DNA of 64,000 nucleotides from the human T2T-CHM13v2.0 reference genome, Homo sapiens, in assembly GCF_009914755.1 (NCBI RefSeq), contig NC_060932.1; one strand, written 5' to 3'. The notes beneath the pieces were generated by a model. It was given only the letters and a program-made list of their open reading frames with translations. It searched no databases and was not told the origin of the DNA. Shown one piece after another: positions 14,241 to 27,651 of this stretch (its first letter is position 1; each line of letters opens with the position of its first letter). Made by a program: the position numbers and the translations under genes.

Positions 14241-15929
14241 GCCTTGGTCTTTTGTCTGAGCTCTTCAACCAACAGCAAAGGAGAATCAGGTGGATGGGCT
14301 GAGAGAGGGGAAGGTGGAGGTTGGCCATGCTTGAAACTGTGGAACCTGACTCTAAGCACCTCAGGAAGAAGAGCACGTCTGGTGGGTTTCCTCCCAGCTC
14401 ACCACCTCAGGTCCTGTGCTGAGGAGCTGGCGTCTACAGAGCCATGGTAGGTGGAGGTCACCTGGAGGGATGTTGTTCCTGTACCAAAAGAATCCAAAGA
14501 TGGAGGCTCCCCGTATCCCTCCCCAAACCCCAGAAAACTCTGCTCTGTAGCAAGGAGAAGCAACCAGAATGTAACACAGGGACATGTCATCTGGGTTGGA
14601 CAACTTCCACTAAGCCAGCTGGGCATACTCCAGAGATGCCAAGCTGCTCTGTTGTTTCCTGGGGCCTGTGGGCCACTGGGATTTTCTCTTTCTCCTCCAG
14701 GAAAAGGACAAAGAGTGAACAGCCCCACAGGCTAACTGGTGAGCACCCTGGGTTAGTTCTACTCTACCTAGAGTCCAACGGGATAATACATGTCCAGCCT
14801 TTAGCACAGCACTTGGCGCATAGAAAGTCCTCAGCAGCTTAGTGGTTTTGTTATTGATGTGGGACCTGAAAGAAGACTGAGATCCTCCGGGAAGCTTCCC
14901 TACACCACCCCATCCTTCCCACTTACCCCCAAACTCTGATTTAGGTGCCTTCCTATCAGAGTGAACCATTATCATGACACCAGTCCCAGTGTATTGAAAT
15001 CATCTGTTTATGTGTCTGCTTCCCCGACAGAGCGTAAGATCTTCAAGGACTGTGTGTTGTTCATCTTTGGACTGTGTGACCACCCCACCCCCATGCTGAA
15101 CACTGTACCTGGCTTAGTAGTTTTGCTAAATTCATGGATGAATGAATGAAATGTGAAGAAGCTCCGGATGATGCCAAGTTGCAAGGGAAAGCCAAGAACT
15201 GAGGGGAACTTTTGGGAGGCATGAAATGGAAGACCAAAAAAGGTGGGGAGAGGGAGGAAGAAATGTTTTTTTCTCAGGCATGAAACTGCCTAGGCTAGGC
15301 CATAGAAATGATGTTACTAGACGGAGATTTGCCAGAATCCAGGGAAATAGAGAGGATGTGGCAAGCGGTATTGCGGATCAAGTGATTTTTGGGCTCAGGG
15401 CCCGGGATATGGGTGAGAATGTGACCATATTGGAAGAACCTGACCATCCACCAGCTTTTTGCCAAGGGAGAGAACATGGTCAATCTAGCCACAGACAAAA
15501 GAGGGAGCTGGCTTTGCTGGAGCGATTTCTGAGAGATGAGGCCAAGGGAGATTCCCACTCCTAGGCTGGCCAGCAGGAAGAGTCATTCATCTCATTAGGA
15601 ACTTGGCACGAAGGCAAGTGTCAACAGGAAGAGAGAAGGCTCTTGGTTATGGTTCTTGAAGGAGGCACTTCTGTCTCTCCTTGGCCAGGCTGGAGTTTAG
15701 GAATCATTGGTGGTCTTTGACATCTCAGATGTGAAAGAAAGACTAAGGAGACTGCAGTCAGGGGATGACAGAGCCGAGCAGAGGAATGGGGGCGTTGAGG
15801 GCTGAAAGGACATGGTACCTGCAGCCCAGGGCTGGCCTGGCAGTCCAGTTAGTACAGGTCGGGGCTCTGCTCAGGGGTCGTGGGGCCTTTCCCTCACTAT
15901 TAGCCTTCAGCATTTTTTGCTTCTTTTGG

Positions 15930-16425
15930 ACACATTCATTTCCTTTAAAGCGCTCCCGTGACCTGGTCCCATACTATCTCTCCGACTTCATCTCCTATTG
16001 TCACCTCCCTTCCTTTCCAGCCACTCTGCCTCCATGTTACTCTTCGAACTTCCAAGAATACCATGCTCTCCTGAGGACTTTTGCACCCAGACAGTTCTTC
16101 CTCAGATGGCCACGTGGTCCATCCTGTCACTTCCTGGGCCTGTGCTGAAAGACGCCTCCCTGTGAAGCCGTCCCAGATCACTCGTATGTGATTGTAATCC
16201 CCTTCTCCCAGTGCTAGCCGTTCTCCTTCCTCTGCTGTATTTTTCTCCATAACACACATCACAATCGGACACAACACATATTTGCTTGTTTGTTTTTTAC
16301 CTGTTTCTGCCCTGGAGAAGGTAAGCTGTGACAATGCAGGCCTTTTTGTTCACTGCTATAACCCCGGTGCCTAGAAGAATGTGTTGCACATGGCAGGCCC
16401 TTGACACACATTTAAATAAATAAAC
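15930..16425. mobile_element. L2 LINE 3' fragment
   Basis: Pyrimidine-rich L2-like body ending 'ttgttcactgctataaccccggtgcctagaagaatgtgttgcacatggcaggccc...aaataaata'; approximate. Confidence 0.5.
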
Positions 16426-19400
16426 AAAGCAATTAACCTTTCTGTGGGACCTTCCACTGATTGTCAGGATCTGAATTCTCACCTCTGCCCTTCCTAGATG
16501 TGTGAGTTTGGACAAGTCACGAACCCCTTTAGGCCTCTGTTTCCTTATCTGAAAAAGAGCATGTTGGACTAAATGGCATCTTAAAGTCCCTTATGGCTAA
16601 AATTTAGGGAGAATCCCTGAAGGAAGTGGGACCTTGAGGTAAGGGCCTGATGTCCATGATTCTCTCGCAGAATTAAAGCCCTGCATTCCATTAAAGCCCT
16701 GCATGCCACCTCTGCCCCCAGACCAGGCCTGGGCAGAAGCAGGGCCACCAGCCCTGCAGCTGGAAGCTAAGAGCTAGCCAGAAGGCTGAGGTCAAGGACT
16801 GATGACTAAGATGAAGGGAAAGAGATGGACGGGGCAGAACTGGGGCTGCTGCGTTTTATTTAAATCCATGATAAGGATCAGGAAGCAGGCAACAGCCCGA
16901 TGACACATTAATTAACTTTGCAGATGATACTGGATCAGGAAGGTGTCCCATCCACCCATCTCAGCGAGAGAGATGGGACAAAAGGACCTGAGGAGGGGTC
17001 AGGAATTAGGCCAGGAAATTACAACAATGAACTTTGGCTGTGGCCAAGAGGGGAAAGGACTCATGTTCTCTCGAGTGGATTGGGGGTAGGGTGGAGAGGA
17101 TCTATTTTCAGAACACAGATAAGCAGTGGATGGTAGGGGCTGGGAGTGGTGGCAGGGACCGCGAGGTCCCCTGGTTGTTTGAATTGATGTACTGATCCCC
17201 AGTGGAGACAGAGCCTGTTTTCTTGCCACTGTGTTTGGAGGAAGGGGACGGGGTAAGGGACAGGGAAGATAAATGACATTGATGGAGCACCCACCATGAA
17301 CCAGGCACCATACACAGTATCTCATTTAAACTCCGCAACAGCAATGATAAGACAAGAGGAAATAATGGGTCACATAGCCTAAGAAGTTTCTGAGAGTCAC
17401 ACTGCCAGAAAGTGGCAGAGTTGAGATTCAGATGTAGGAGGGAGGCGATGGTCCCAAAGTGGGTTAAGGGCCCCAGGAGAAAAACCAGAGTAGCTGCCAG
17501 GTTATCAAACTGCCTCTTCATTTTTAGGACTGAAACCTAAGTAAGTAACAAGTACCCAAAAGAAGACTTTCATTAGCACCCTGGGGTTCCACGGGTACTG
17601 GAAGTTTTCTTCTCTCCCTCCTGCTGGGACCAACCTGACCTTCCTAAGCAGTGCAGAGAAAGGAACGGGGAGGAATGGAAGACTGTCAGGCATCTGGACA
17701 ATGTGGAGGGGTGACGCCAAGGAAAAAAAAGTGTGAGAGCTCTTGCAGCCTGTTGTGGAAAAGATACCAAAGGGCTCAAAGGCTCAGTTCTGTTCTGGCC
17801 ACTAACCTCTCTGTCTTTGGTGAGAACAGGGTACTGATGGATTCTAGGTGAGTGAATGGTCACCTCTGGGGTGAGCCATTTCAGAGAATACAGGCCCATA
17901 GACAAGGATAGGTACCCCTGAAGAGGGCTTGGGGTGTGCCCGGACTCAAGGGTGACAGACATCTCTATTCCTCTAGGGAGCTGACAGCTGGAGGCATTCC
18001 TGAAACTCTAGCTAGGAACTCAGTGCGTGACCCAAAAGGGAATCCCAAACAACAAGTCTATGATTGAGCAGTCTGTTTCTGGTTGGGTCATGATGCCACA
18101 ACAAACGGCCCAAGTAGAGAAGGCTGCAGGCCCTGGGCAGGCCTGGTGAGAAGGGCTGACCCAAAGGACAGCCATTGTGCTCCAAGCAGCATGAGCAGGG
18201 CTCAGGGGCACCATCGGAGCAAGGATAGGATCGGAGGGTGTGGAACCCGAGAGTTTCCCAGGAATGGGGTGAAGGAAGGGTTGATAGGAGCAGCACGGGG
18301 TGCCTGGGGGCCCGGGAAGGCATTTCTGAGGCCTAGAGGAAGGACCTTCGTCATCCAGGGACCCTGGGAGCAGAGCAGGGTCTCGGTAAACCAGAGAAGC
18401 CACACATGTCCTGAGAGAATGCACTGGGGGTCTCCCTGGAGGAGGCAAGACCCGGAAGCGGGTAGGCAGTAGGAAAGAAGCTGTATGGAATCACAGTCTG
18501 GCTCCCACCCAGCCTAGAAGTTAGAACATTTTTGTTGACATTCTTCTTGTTTGCAGCTCTGTAGCCATGTTCTGTTTGCATTAGCTCCCTGGTAAAATTG
18601 CTCAGAAAACATCCTTCTAGGCATCTGTGTGTTTGCTAGAGGGGAAGAAATAGTGTTTCCAGCCTGGGGTCAGAGGCTGGTGGTAGCCAGGAGAGGTGGT
18701 GGCAGGAACTGCCCCAATTCCAGGCTAGAGATGAACCAGCTGTGATGGGGATGGGGACTCTTCCGGAGCAGGAACAGTCAGGGCCTGGTCCTATCCTGCC
18801 CGGGCATGGACACGTCAGAGGCTTTATCGTAAATTGGGGAAAGCTTCATGACACTACCTCCCACCCTGGCCTACTCCTGTTCTCACATGGGGCTGTGAAA
18901 ATGACCAATTTTTAAAAATATTAGAGATGGAGTTGATGGAAATATTCAAGCCAAAAGAATGGTGACACCTCAACAGCTGACGTGCTGGGAGAAGGCTCCA
19001 GGGCCAGGGGCTCTCCTGGCCTCTGCGGATGTCTGACTGGTGAGTAAGACTGTGTGGTCCATGGGGCTGACCCACGGACTGCTCTGATCAAGGGCCTTCT
19101 TCCCCTTCCTCTGGAGAACCCTCTCTTCTCCTCACAAAGAATGGTTATTCCGAAAAGAACCCCTTGGGATAGATCTTGGACTATGACCTATTTTTAAAAC
19201 CCCATGGCACCTTTTAGACAGTCAGTTATTTCCCTTTGTCCTTAAGATTTTGCCAGTATGATTTCTAGCTCTTGGGACACACAGAGGCCTCCTGCTTTCC
19301 CCAGGCTTATTGTTCCAGAACACCAGGGAAGCCAATCAGGGCCAGGAGAAGGCAGCTCACAACCCCCTCATTTATGACAAGCAAATTATGGATTAGCAAA

Positions 19401-19652
19401 AGGAGATCAATGACAACTGGCCACGAGCTATTACCTTCATTCACCAGAATCCACCTTGCTATTCTTTTTGACATGCTTGTGAATAAAGACACACTTACAC
19501 ACTCGCCACTACCAGTTCCACCACACACCACACAAAAACGTATGCCATGCCTTGCCCCATGTTCTCTCTAAGTAGCTCATTTATACTCAACTCCAGTTCA
19601 CCAAGTACAATTTTGCAAAGAGTCATCACTTTCAGTACACTACTCCCAAGTG

Positions 19653-19685
<33 letters not shown>

Positions 19686-19697
19686 CGCGCGCGCGCG
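19653..19697. repeat. (GT)12(GC)10 alternating purine-pyrimidine microsatellite
   Basis: Read directly from the sequence. Confidence 0.95.
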
Positions 19698-21999
19698 GGG
19701 AGGGGAGGGGGGCATCCTTTCATTCATCCCCAAACACCCCAGGGGTTCTTGGAAGGAGCTATGCCTCTACCCCTTCCCTACTTTGATGCCTGATTTTGCC
19801 CTAGGGCACAGGGCCTGTTCATTGCAAAGCCTCTACTGATTCCCTCCCATGATAGCCCCATCTAGGCCTTCCCTCCACCTTCTCCCTACTTCATCCCTGA
19901 GTTTCAGGGTTGAGTCTCCTCTCCCCATATTTACAAAACCCAGGTGGGTTGGGTAGCTGGTGTGATGCTATCTGGGACAGTCTTATCTAGCTACAAAGTG
20001 TGAATCAGTGATTACATCACACAGGGTTGGTGCCAGCCTGGCGGACTGCCATATTGCCAAGTAACCCAGTGGTTGAACCAGGTTGGGTTGAGTAATATCC
20101 ACCAATGGATAGTGAGTTTGTTAATCATGCAGCATAGTACACTGTTGATGAAAGTGTAACACCGAAGGCCTGGTTTGATTGGAGAAGGTGCAGGTGGGGC
20201 TGGATGCTGACTATGAAGACAGTCAGGGACAGTATCTTCCTCCCATACTACTCACTTGAGAAATACATAGAAATCTGGAAGGAAACATCTAGTTTAGCAA
20301 AGAGATGGATTATATGCTCAATGTTAGGACCTTTCCGCCATCTTGGATTCCCTTTGTTAAAAAGGAAGGACACTTCTATGAGGCTATTGAAGCCACAGTC
20401 TGAAATTTTAGAAGTTTCATGAGGTAAGAGAAGGGAATTCAAGATGGCAGCCGGTGACCTAAAATTGTGTGGGTGGGAAAATTTAAGATTCCATACTGCA
20501 TTCTCCTTCTTCATCTCTCACTTCAAAAACATTCTTTTCTAGGGCCACAGCCTACCTCCTACGCCCAGGTCTGGCCTCAACTTCTTGGTAACTATAGCCA
20601 ACCAGAAATACCACCCATATTTTTCTCTGTGATGGGGCTGCCTTGGGGATGCCGAAGAGCAGTTTCTGAGCAGGGACACGACATTTCTGTTGCTTTGTGG
20701 CTGACCTGGTCGGCACCTCAGGGTCTGAGATACAGATTCCAGTCACAAGCTGGTGGGCCATTTATACAATCTGGTGGGGTATAGCGCAGCATTATACACC
20801 AAGCCCCTAAACCTGGGTGAAGCAGATCATATGTGAAATGCACTGCAGAGGAACCCAGGTGAGTTTTTTTTAGAGGGCAGGCGGGAAGAAGGGGAGAGAG
20901 CAAAGACTGACTTGTGCAAAGACAGCTCTACAACAAGCCTCAAGGGATAAAGCCTTCCAAGGACTATGGGGAACAAGGTGAGGGGTGCAAAATGCAGATG
21001 CAGACACAGGAAAGAAGTGGAGGTTACATTTTCCTCAAGAGAAATGGAGACAGCTCTAGGGCTGGCAAATTAAGTTAAGGAGGAGGAATGTTCTAGGGAA
21101 GACAGCTTGGAGGATAGGAGAAGCATTGCTTTTATGGGAGGTAGAAATCATAAGGTATGGCAGTTTGAGGCTATGCAAATATTCCCTGTGTGTTCTCCAA
21201 ATCCCAAATGTCCTTTCTTCCTTTCAAGGCATTGGATCCCTGGGTCATTCATAGGAGCTGGTTTTCAGCGAGGTTCACCTTTACCAGGCAGCTCCAAATA
21301 GTGAGGCCTAGAGGAATCCCATCCAAGCGGGATTAAAATTATAGAAGTTTAAAACCTGATTTTTTTCCAGTTATCTGACCACAGAAGAGCTGCCAATCTC
21401 TCTGGTCATCTTGCCAACCCTGAAGAACCTCGGTCAAGTCTCCACCTGTTTTTCAGGCTTCAAAAGCTTTGGCAAGAGAACTACTCAGTGTGGCTGACAG
21501 GCCCTCCAGGGTCCTGTTCTGGCATTCCCTAAGACTGTCTCTAGAGAAATTGTTCATAAACCGGGAGATCTCCTCCCTTCTACCCCCAAATACCCATTGG
21601 AAGCTGGAAAGAAGGTTCTAGAAGATTCCCAGTCACCAGCCCTGACTCCCATGAATTTACCTAACCTGTTCGCCTAATCCCTCTGGCAGTGTGAGGCTTA
21701 CAGAAGGGTGGAGGGGAATTCTATTCTCCTGGTACCACAGTAAACACTCAAAACTATTTGAAACACCAGAACCTTGCACAAAATTCTGACCTACTTCGAA
21801 TAACACCAAGTTCCACATTTCCACTTTGAGAGTTTTCAGAGGAAGAACAGCAAAATTAGGCATAACAACCTATCAAACAAACCACCAGCCAAAAACAAAC
21901 CAAGACAAAAAACAGGCCAAACTAAAGCTTTATGCTATAAAAACAAGAAATAAAATAAGGAGATTTATAGGCCGGCTGATTGTCAGCAAACACAATATA

Positions 22000-22010
22000 T
22001 TTACTGTATT
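22000..22010 (-). terminator. EGR3: Probable EGR3 poly(A) signal (non-canonical AATACA/AGTAAA)
   Basis: Minus strand ...CTAATACAGTAAATATATTGTGTTTGCTGACA, then CTCCTTATTTTATTTCTTGTTTTT downstream element. Confidence 0.55.
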
Positions 22011-23233
22011 AGCATTTGCTCACAGTGCAAATGGTACAACATTACACCATTTCAATATTTCGGTTTTTAAAAATGCTGTTTTCATTAACTATATTATATT
22101 GGCATTACAATATGACAAAGGAGCAAATGAAATGTTGGTGAAGAATTTCACCTTTTCACAATATCAAGCATATTTTTTTAACCTTAGTATAAGGTACTAT
22201 AAATCCAAGAAATAAAAACATCCACAAAATATATTACATCTGGTTTGTCTTTTTTCTAAGTACTCAACTTTATACAAAAGTCTTTCAAAAAATATCATTC
22301 CCCATAGGTTTTCCTGTTTAAAACCTGATTTTTTTCTCTCAGTTCACATAAGTTAGAGTGCATTTTCTTTTGTTGCTTTTTTTTTTTAAACATGCAGACA
22401 TATAAAAAATCTGGATAGCACAACCTTTTGGCAACAAAGTTATTTTTCTCTTAGTTTAGCTTAATGTCTGAGAACAGTTTTATTAAAACAAAGGAAAACT
22501 CAATTATCATGCAGTGACATGCATATACCAGAAGGAGCGAGGAAAAAATATTAAAGGGTATCTGATTCCTCCTTCTAGCTTGGAAGTGACCAAAATTTTT
22601 GCTTTTTTAATAATCATCACATTATAAAAAGTATTCAGCAAAATACTGTCTCTGCAAAGAAAGATTTTACCCTTCAGCTGAAAAAATATGGGCCCTCCTG
22701 GCAAACTTCATCTTCTTCTCTCTCCTTCTACAAAAAGTCCAAGTACCTGGAAATTCACAACCCCCTGCTCTTCGATATCCCCCCTTTCCACTAGAGTCCT
22801 TTTAGTATTATTTATCCACCACCAAAAATCAAAACAAAACAAAACAAAAATGGTACTTCTTTTTCTTAAAAAAGAAAAAAGTGGAAAACGCATAAAGTGA
22901 CTTTAAAAACAGACATTCTGTAAACTCCAGACCTTTGTTCCTTCTCTCTGGGCAACTTACTGACCACAGGAGAAGTAACGCTAACAGGAACAGTACATTC
23001 AGTCAAGACCATGCTGCAAGCTGTGGCAGAGAGCAACCTTCCCTATTACTCCACTTCAAAGGAGCCACCCTGTACGAGAAGGGCTGGCAGGACAGCTGGG
23101 GAAGAGGGGTGCCTGAGAAGAGGTGAGGTAGGGTGGGGAGAAGGTGAGACTGGGTATGGAAAGGAGACACCTCATTCATCCACATGGATTCATGAAAAAA
23201 TCCCCATATCTTTGAGGAAATTTTGGACAGAGA

Positions 23234-23360
23234 TGTGTATATGTGTATACACACATATCCATACATAGATGTGTATATGTGTATATATGTACACTCACAC
23301 GTATATGTACAGATATGTGTGCATCTATATCCACACACATAACACACGTATGTAGATATA
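23234..23360. repeat. Degenerate (TA/CA/TG)n low-complexity tract in EGR3 3'UTR
   Basis: Read directly; a similar tract lies at ~23490-23580. Confidence 0.8.
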
Positions 23361-24149
23361 ATCTCATCAGTTAACATTTTCATAAAAAATAAATCATTTA
23401 AAGCTGTATACGCCTACAAATTCTCTTTATTCCGGTGCACTGCACTGGATAACCAAGTACCTTAGAGATTTTATTTTGCTAGGAATACATATTGTGTGTA
23501 TGTTATGTATATGTACGCATGTGCATCTTTATACACATGCATGCATATACATACACATACATACACACGCACACCATATACTTATATTTAAATTCTATCT
23601 GTTGTGTTGGTGATGACAAAGGGCAAAAGCAGAGCCAGCTTCCCCATGATGGTGGGAAGGAGAAATTGCTATGTAATTGAGAGAAGACACAAAGCTGGAG
23701 TGGCTGGTTGAAGCCTGCCTTTCTGGGAAAAGATTTTGAAAGAGATGGGAGAAGGTTTAGAGGGGAGAAGGGGAAGGAGTGGGAGGGCAGAGGGCAAACT
23801 CAGGAACATAGATTTCTTAGAGTGGGGCTAAGGAAATACACATATATTTTAAAAGGCAGGCTCAGCGATGGCTGCTCTTTCTCCCCACAGATCAAACTGC
23901 CCTGAGGCCTAAGAGGGAAGCGCTCAGAAAAGGAGGGGTTCTGAGGGGCCAAACCCGAAGCGGCGGCAGCAGCACCGCGTCGGCGGCATCCGAGGCATTT
24001 CTCTAAGAAACATGATTTCAGAGCGGATGGAAGACCACCTCCTCCAGCCACGTGCGGACCCCCAGCATGGGACATCTCCCAGCGGCTTGGGGACCCGAGG
24101 TGGGGAAGAGTTTGGGGTAAACACAGCCCAGTTCAGCTCAAGAGTCTTA

Positions 24150-24260
24150 AACACACACGCTTGCGCGCGCGCACACACACACACTCACACACACACATAC
24201 ACACACACGCGAGCACGCACACACTCGCGCGCATCCCCGCACGCAGGCGCGCGTGCGTGC
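24150..24260. repeat. (CA)n/(CG)n alternating tract in EGR3 3'UTR
   Basis: acacacacgcttgcgcgcgcgcacacacac...gcgcgcgtgcgtgc. Confidence 0.85.
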
Positions 24261-24724
24261 GGCGGGCAGCAAGCTCTGCGCTTTGGTGCGCTCCTTACCC
24301 CCTCCCCCTCTCGAGTCTTCGAGGGGGTATAGAGGGAGACGTGGGGGAAACAATGAGGTGTTTGGGTCGGGCGAGGGTTGGATGGGCTCCGCCTTCAGTC
24401 CCTTGCAGGTCCTTGGCGCGGCCCGGCGGCCCCTGGATCAAGGCGATCCGAACTGAACAAAGCGGGCTAGACGCCACCTTTCCGCCCCCACGCCTTGGCT
24501 AAGTGGGGGACCGCGAGGGGAAGGCGCCTCCAGCCCTGGCCCCTGACCGCTGGCCGGCGTGAAAGGTTGGGAACCGGGGGCATCGAAGGGGAAGCAAGGG
24601 GCCGCACGTCCATGGAGAGGCCAGGGCGCGGCCCCTACGCCTCCGTGGCTGGCTTTCCCGCTGCTTTCAGGCTAGCAGCCGGGAGGCACTGGAGGGGAAA
24701 AGTGGGGATCTGGGGGCCCGATCC

Positions 24725-26065
<1,341 letters not shown>

Positions 26066-26553
26066 CTACAGGTAGTTTCAGACCCGGAGCGCGCTGGGCT
26101 CTCGCTCTCCACCGCACACAACTCGGCCTCTTCCCTTGGCCCTGTCCGCTCCAGGACGCCGCGCCTTTCCCTCCCCGGCGATGCCCCCCACGCGCGCTGC
26201 TCCCGGGTCGCCGACCCAGAGCGCTCCGACGCTTTGTCCTCGGAGCGTAGAAGGGTGTCGCCCTCAAAGGGAGCTCTCCCTTCACCTACCCCGGCCCCAG
26301 CCTCCTCGGGCATGAAGGAGCTTTAGGCTCTTGCTGGAGGGGAAAATCCTAGCCCCAGCTAGGGAGGGTGGAGAGCGGCGGAAAACCGGCCGGTGTCTCC
26401 ATGGCGGGAGAGGCCGCCCTTCCCCAGCTCCCCGGCCCCGGGATCGTTCCCCGTGGCAGGCCCTCGCCCCGCGGGTGAACCCCCTCCTTCTCCCCGCCGT
26501 CCCCACACCCCCACGGCTTTGCTGAACGCCCCGGAAAGGCAGCGTCGCAGTAC

Positions 26554-26593
26554 CTCTCCCACCGCGGGGACTCCACGCCGCACATGGCTCCAT
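26554..26593 (-). CDS. EGR3: EGR3 alternative first coding exon (MEPCAAWSPRGGR)
   Basis: ATG at 26593; 40 nt ending AGAG|GTACTG, phase 1, in frame with exon 2, giving 349 aa. Agrees with my recollection of an annotated EGR3 isoform. Confidence 0.75.
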
Positions 26594-26899
26594 CCCGGGT
26601 GGGAGGCTGAGGGAGTAAGGGGGGAGAGCGCGGGTGAAAAAGACGCCGGGCTCCTCCCGGGAAGAGGGCGACAGCACCACGCCTTGCGCGTAGCCCGGCG
26701 ATCGGGCCCCCTGCGTGGTGAGGGAGAACCCCAGAGCCGCTCGCACCTACCTCCCTCCGGTCGGCGGCTGCCCCCACCCGGGAGAACCGAAGCCTCTACC
26801 GTGGCGTCGCCAACCTAGCCTTCTCGATCGAGGAGGGCGGGAGGAGTGGGTGGGAAAAGCAACTCGCCCCCCGCAAAATTCCCAGCGCGCCCCCATCTC

Positions 26900-26970
26900 T
26901 CCATCCATTTATCTATCCACCCATCCACCCATCCATCCATCCATCCATCCATCCATCCATCCATCCATCA
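26900..26970. repeat. (CCAT)n tetranucleotide microsatellite in EGR3 intron 1
   Basis: Read directly. Confidence 0.95.
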
Positions 26971-27042
26971 CCAGGTCGTCCCCTCCTCCTCTTCCTCTCC
27001 CCTTCCTTCCTCGCTGCCTCGCCGCCTCCCCGCCGCCCTTAC

Positions 27043-27196
27043 CTGTAGCCATCTGATTGTAATGGACTACCGAGTCGCTGCTGCCGGAGAAGAGGTTGAG
27101 CGCGCTGGGGATCTCCTCGGGGTACAGATTGTCAGGCAGTTGGTTTAGCAAACTGCTCATGGTCACCGGCAGCTTCTCGGCGAGTTTGCCGGTCAT
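27043..27196 (-). CDS. EGR3: EGR3 exon 1 CDS ([51 protein letters not shown])
   Basis: ATG at 27196, donor ACAG|GTAAG at 27042; 154 nt, phase 1, joins exon 2. Confidence 0.98.
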
Positions 27197-27210
27197 AGCA
27201 CTCCCGAGCT

Positions 27211-27243
27211 GCCGCCGCCGCCGCCACCGCCGCCACCGCCGCC
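27211..27243 (-). repeat. Proximal GGC/GGT trinucleotide tract (11 units) in EGR3 5'UTR
   Basis: ggc ggc ggt ggc ggc ggt ggc ggc ggc ggc ggc, ending 14 nt before the ATG. Confidence 0.95.
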
Positions 27244-27597
27244 GCTCGCTCCTAACGCAGCTTCCAGGCAAGCGGCATCCGAGAGGCGATCCGTGGTGCA
27301 GGGGAAAAGCATGCGAGAGGGAAAGTTCGGGGGGAGGGGGGAGGGAAGAAGGGAAGGGATGGGCCAGGAGAGGGGATCTTCTCTTTTTTGGGGGGCGGGA
27401 GAGGGCCCCAGGGGGTAATCCTCTTGGGTGCCTCAGCTGGTGCGGTATGAGGCTGGGTCGTGGGGGGGGTGGGGCGTGTGCGGGGGGTGGGGTGGGGGCT
27501 GGGCTGGGGGGGGATCTCGGCTCAAGGGGGTCGGACGCGGCCTCAGTATTGATCTCACAAACAGACACGCGCCCGCCGCCCCCCCGCCCCCCGATCT

Positions 27598-27612
27598 GCC
27601 ACCGCCACCGCC

Positions 27613-27651
<39 letters not shown>
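27598..27651 (-). repeat. Distal (GGC)10(GGTGGC)4 tract in EGR3 5' leader
   Basis: 18 Gly-codon units; degenerate extension to ~27697. Confidence 0.95.

Larger units (their letters stand above)
21981..24724 (-). other. EGR3: EGR3 3'UTR (~2.7 kb, distal part AU-rich)
   Basis: Follows the stop at 24725. The 3' end is inferred from overlapping variant signals AATACA/AGTAAA (22010-22000) followed by a U/GU-rich tract (~21960-21940). Confidence 0.7.
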
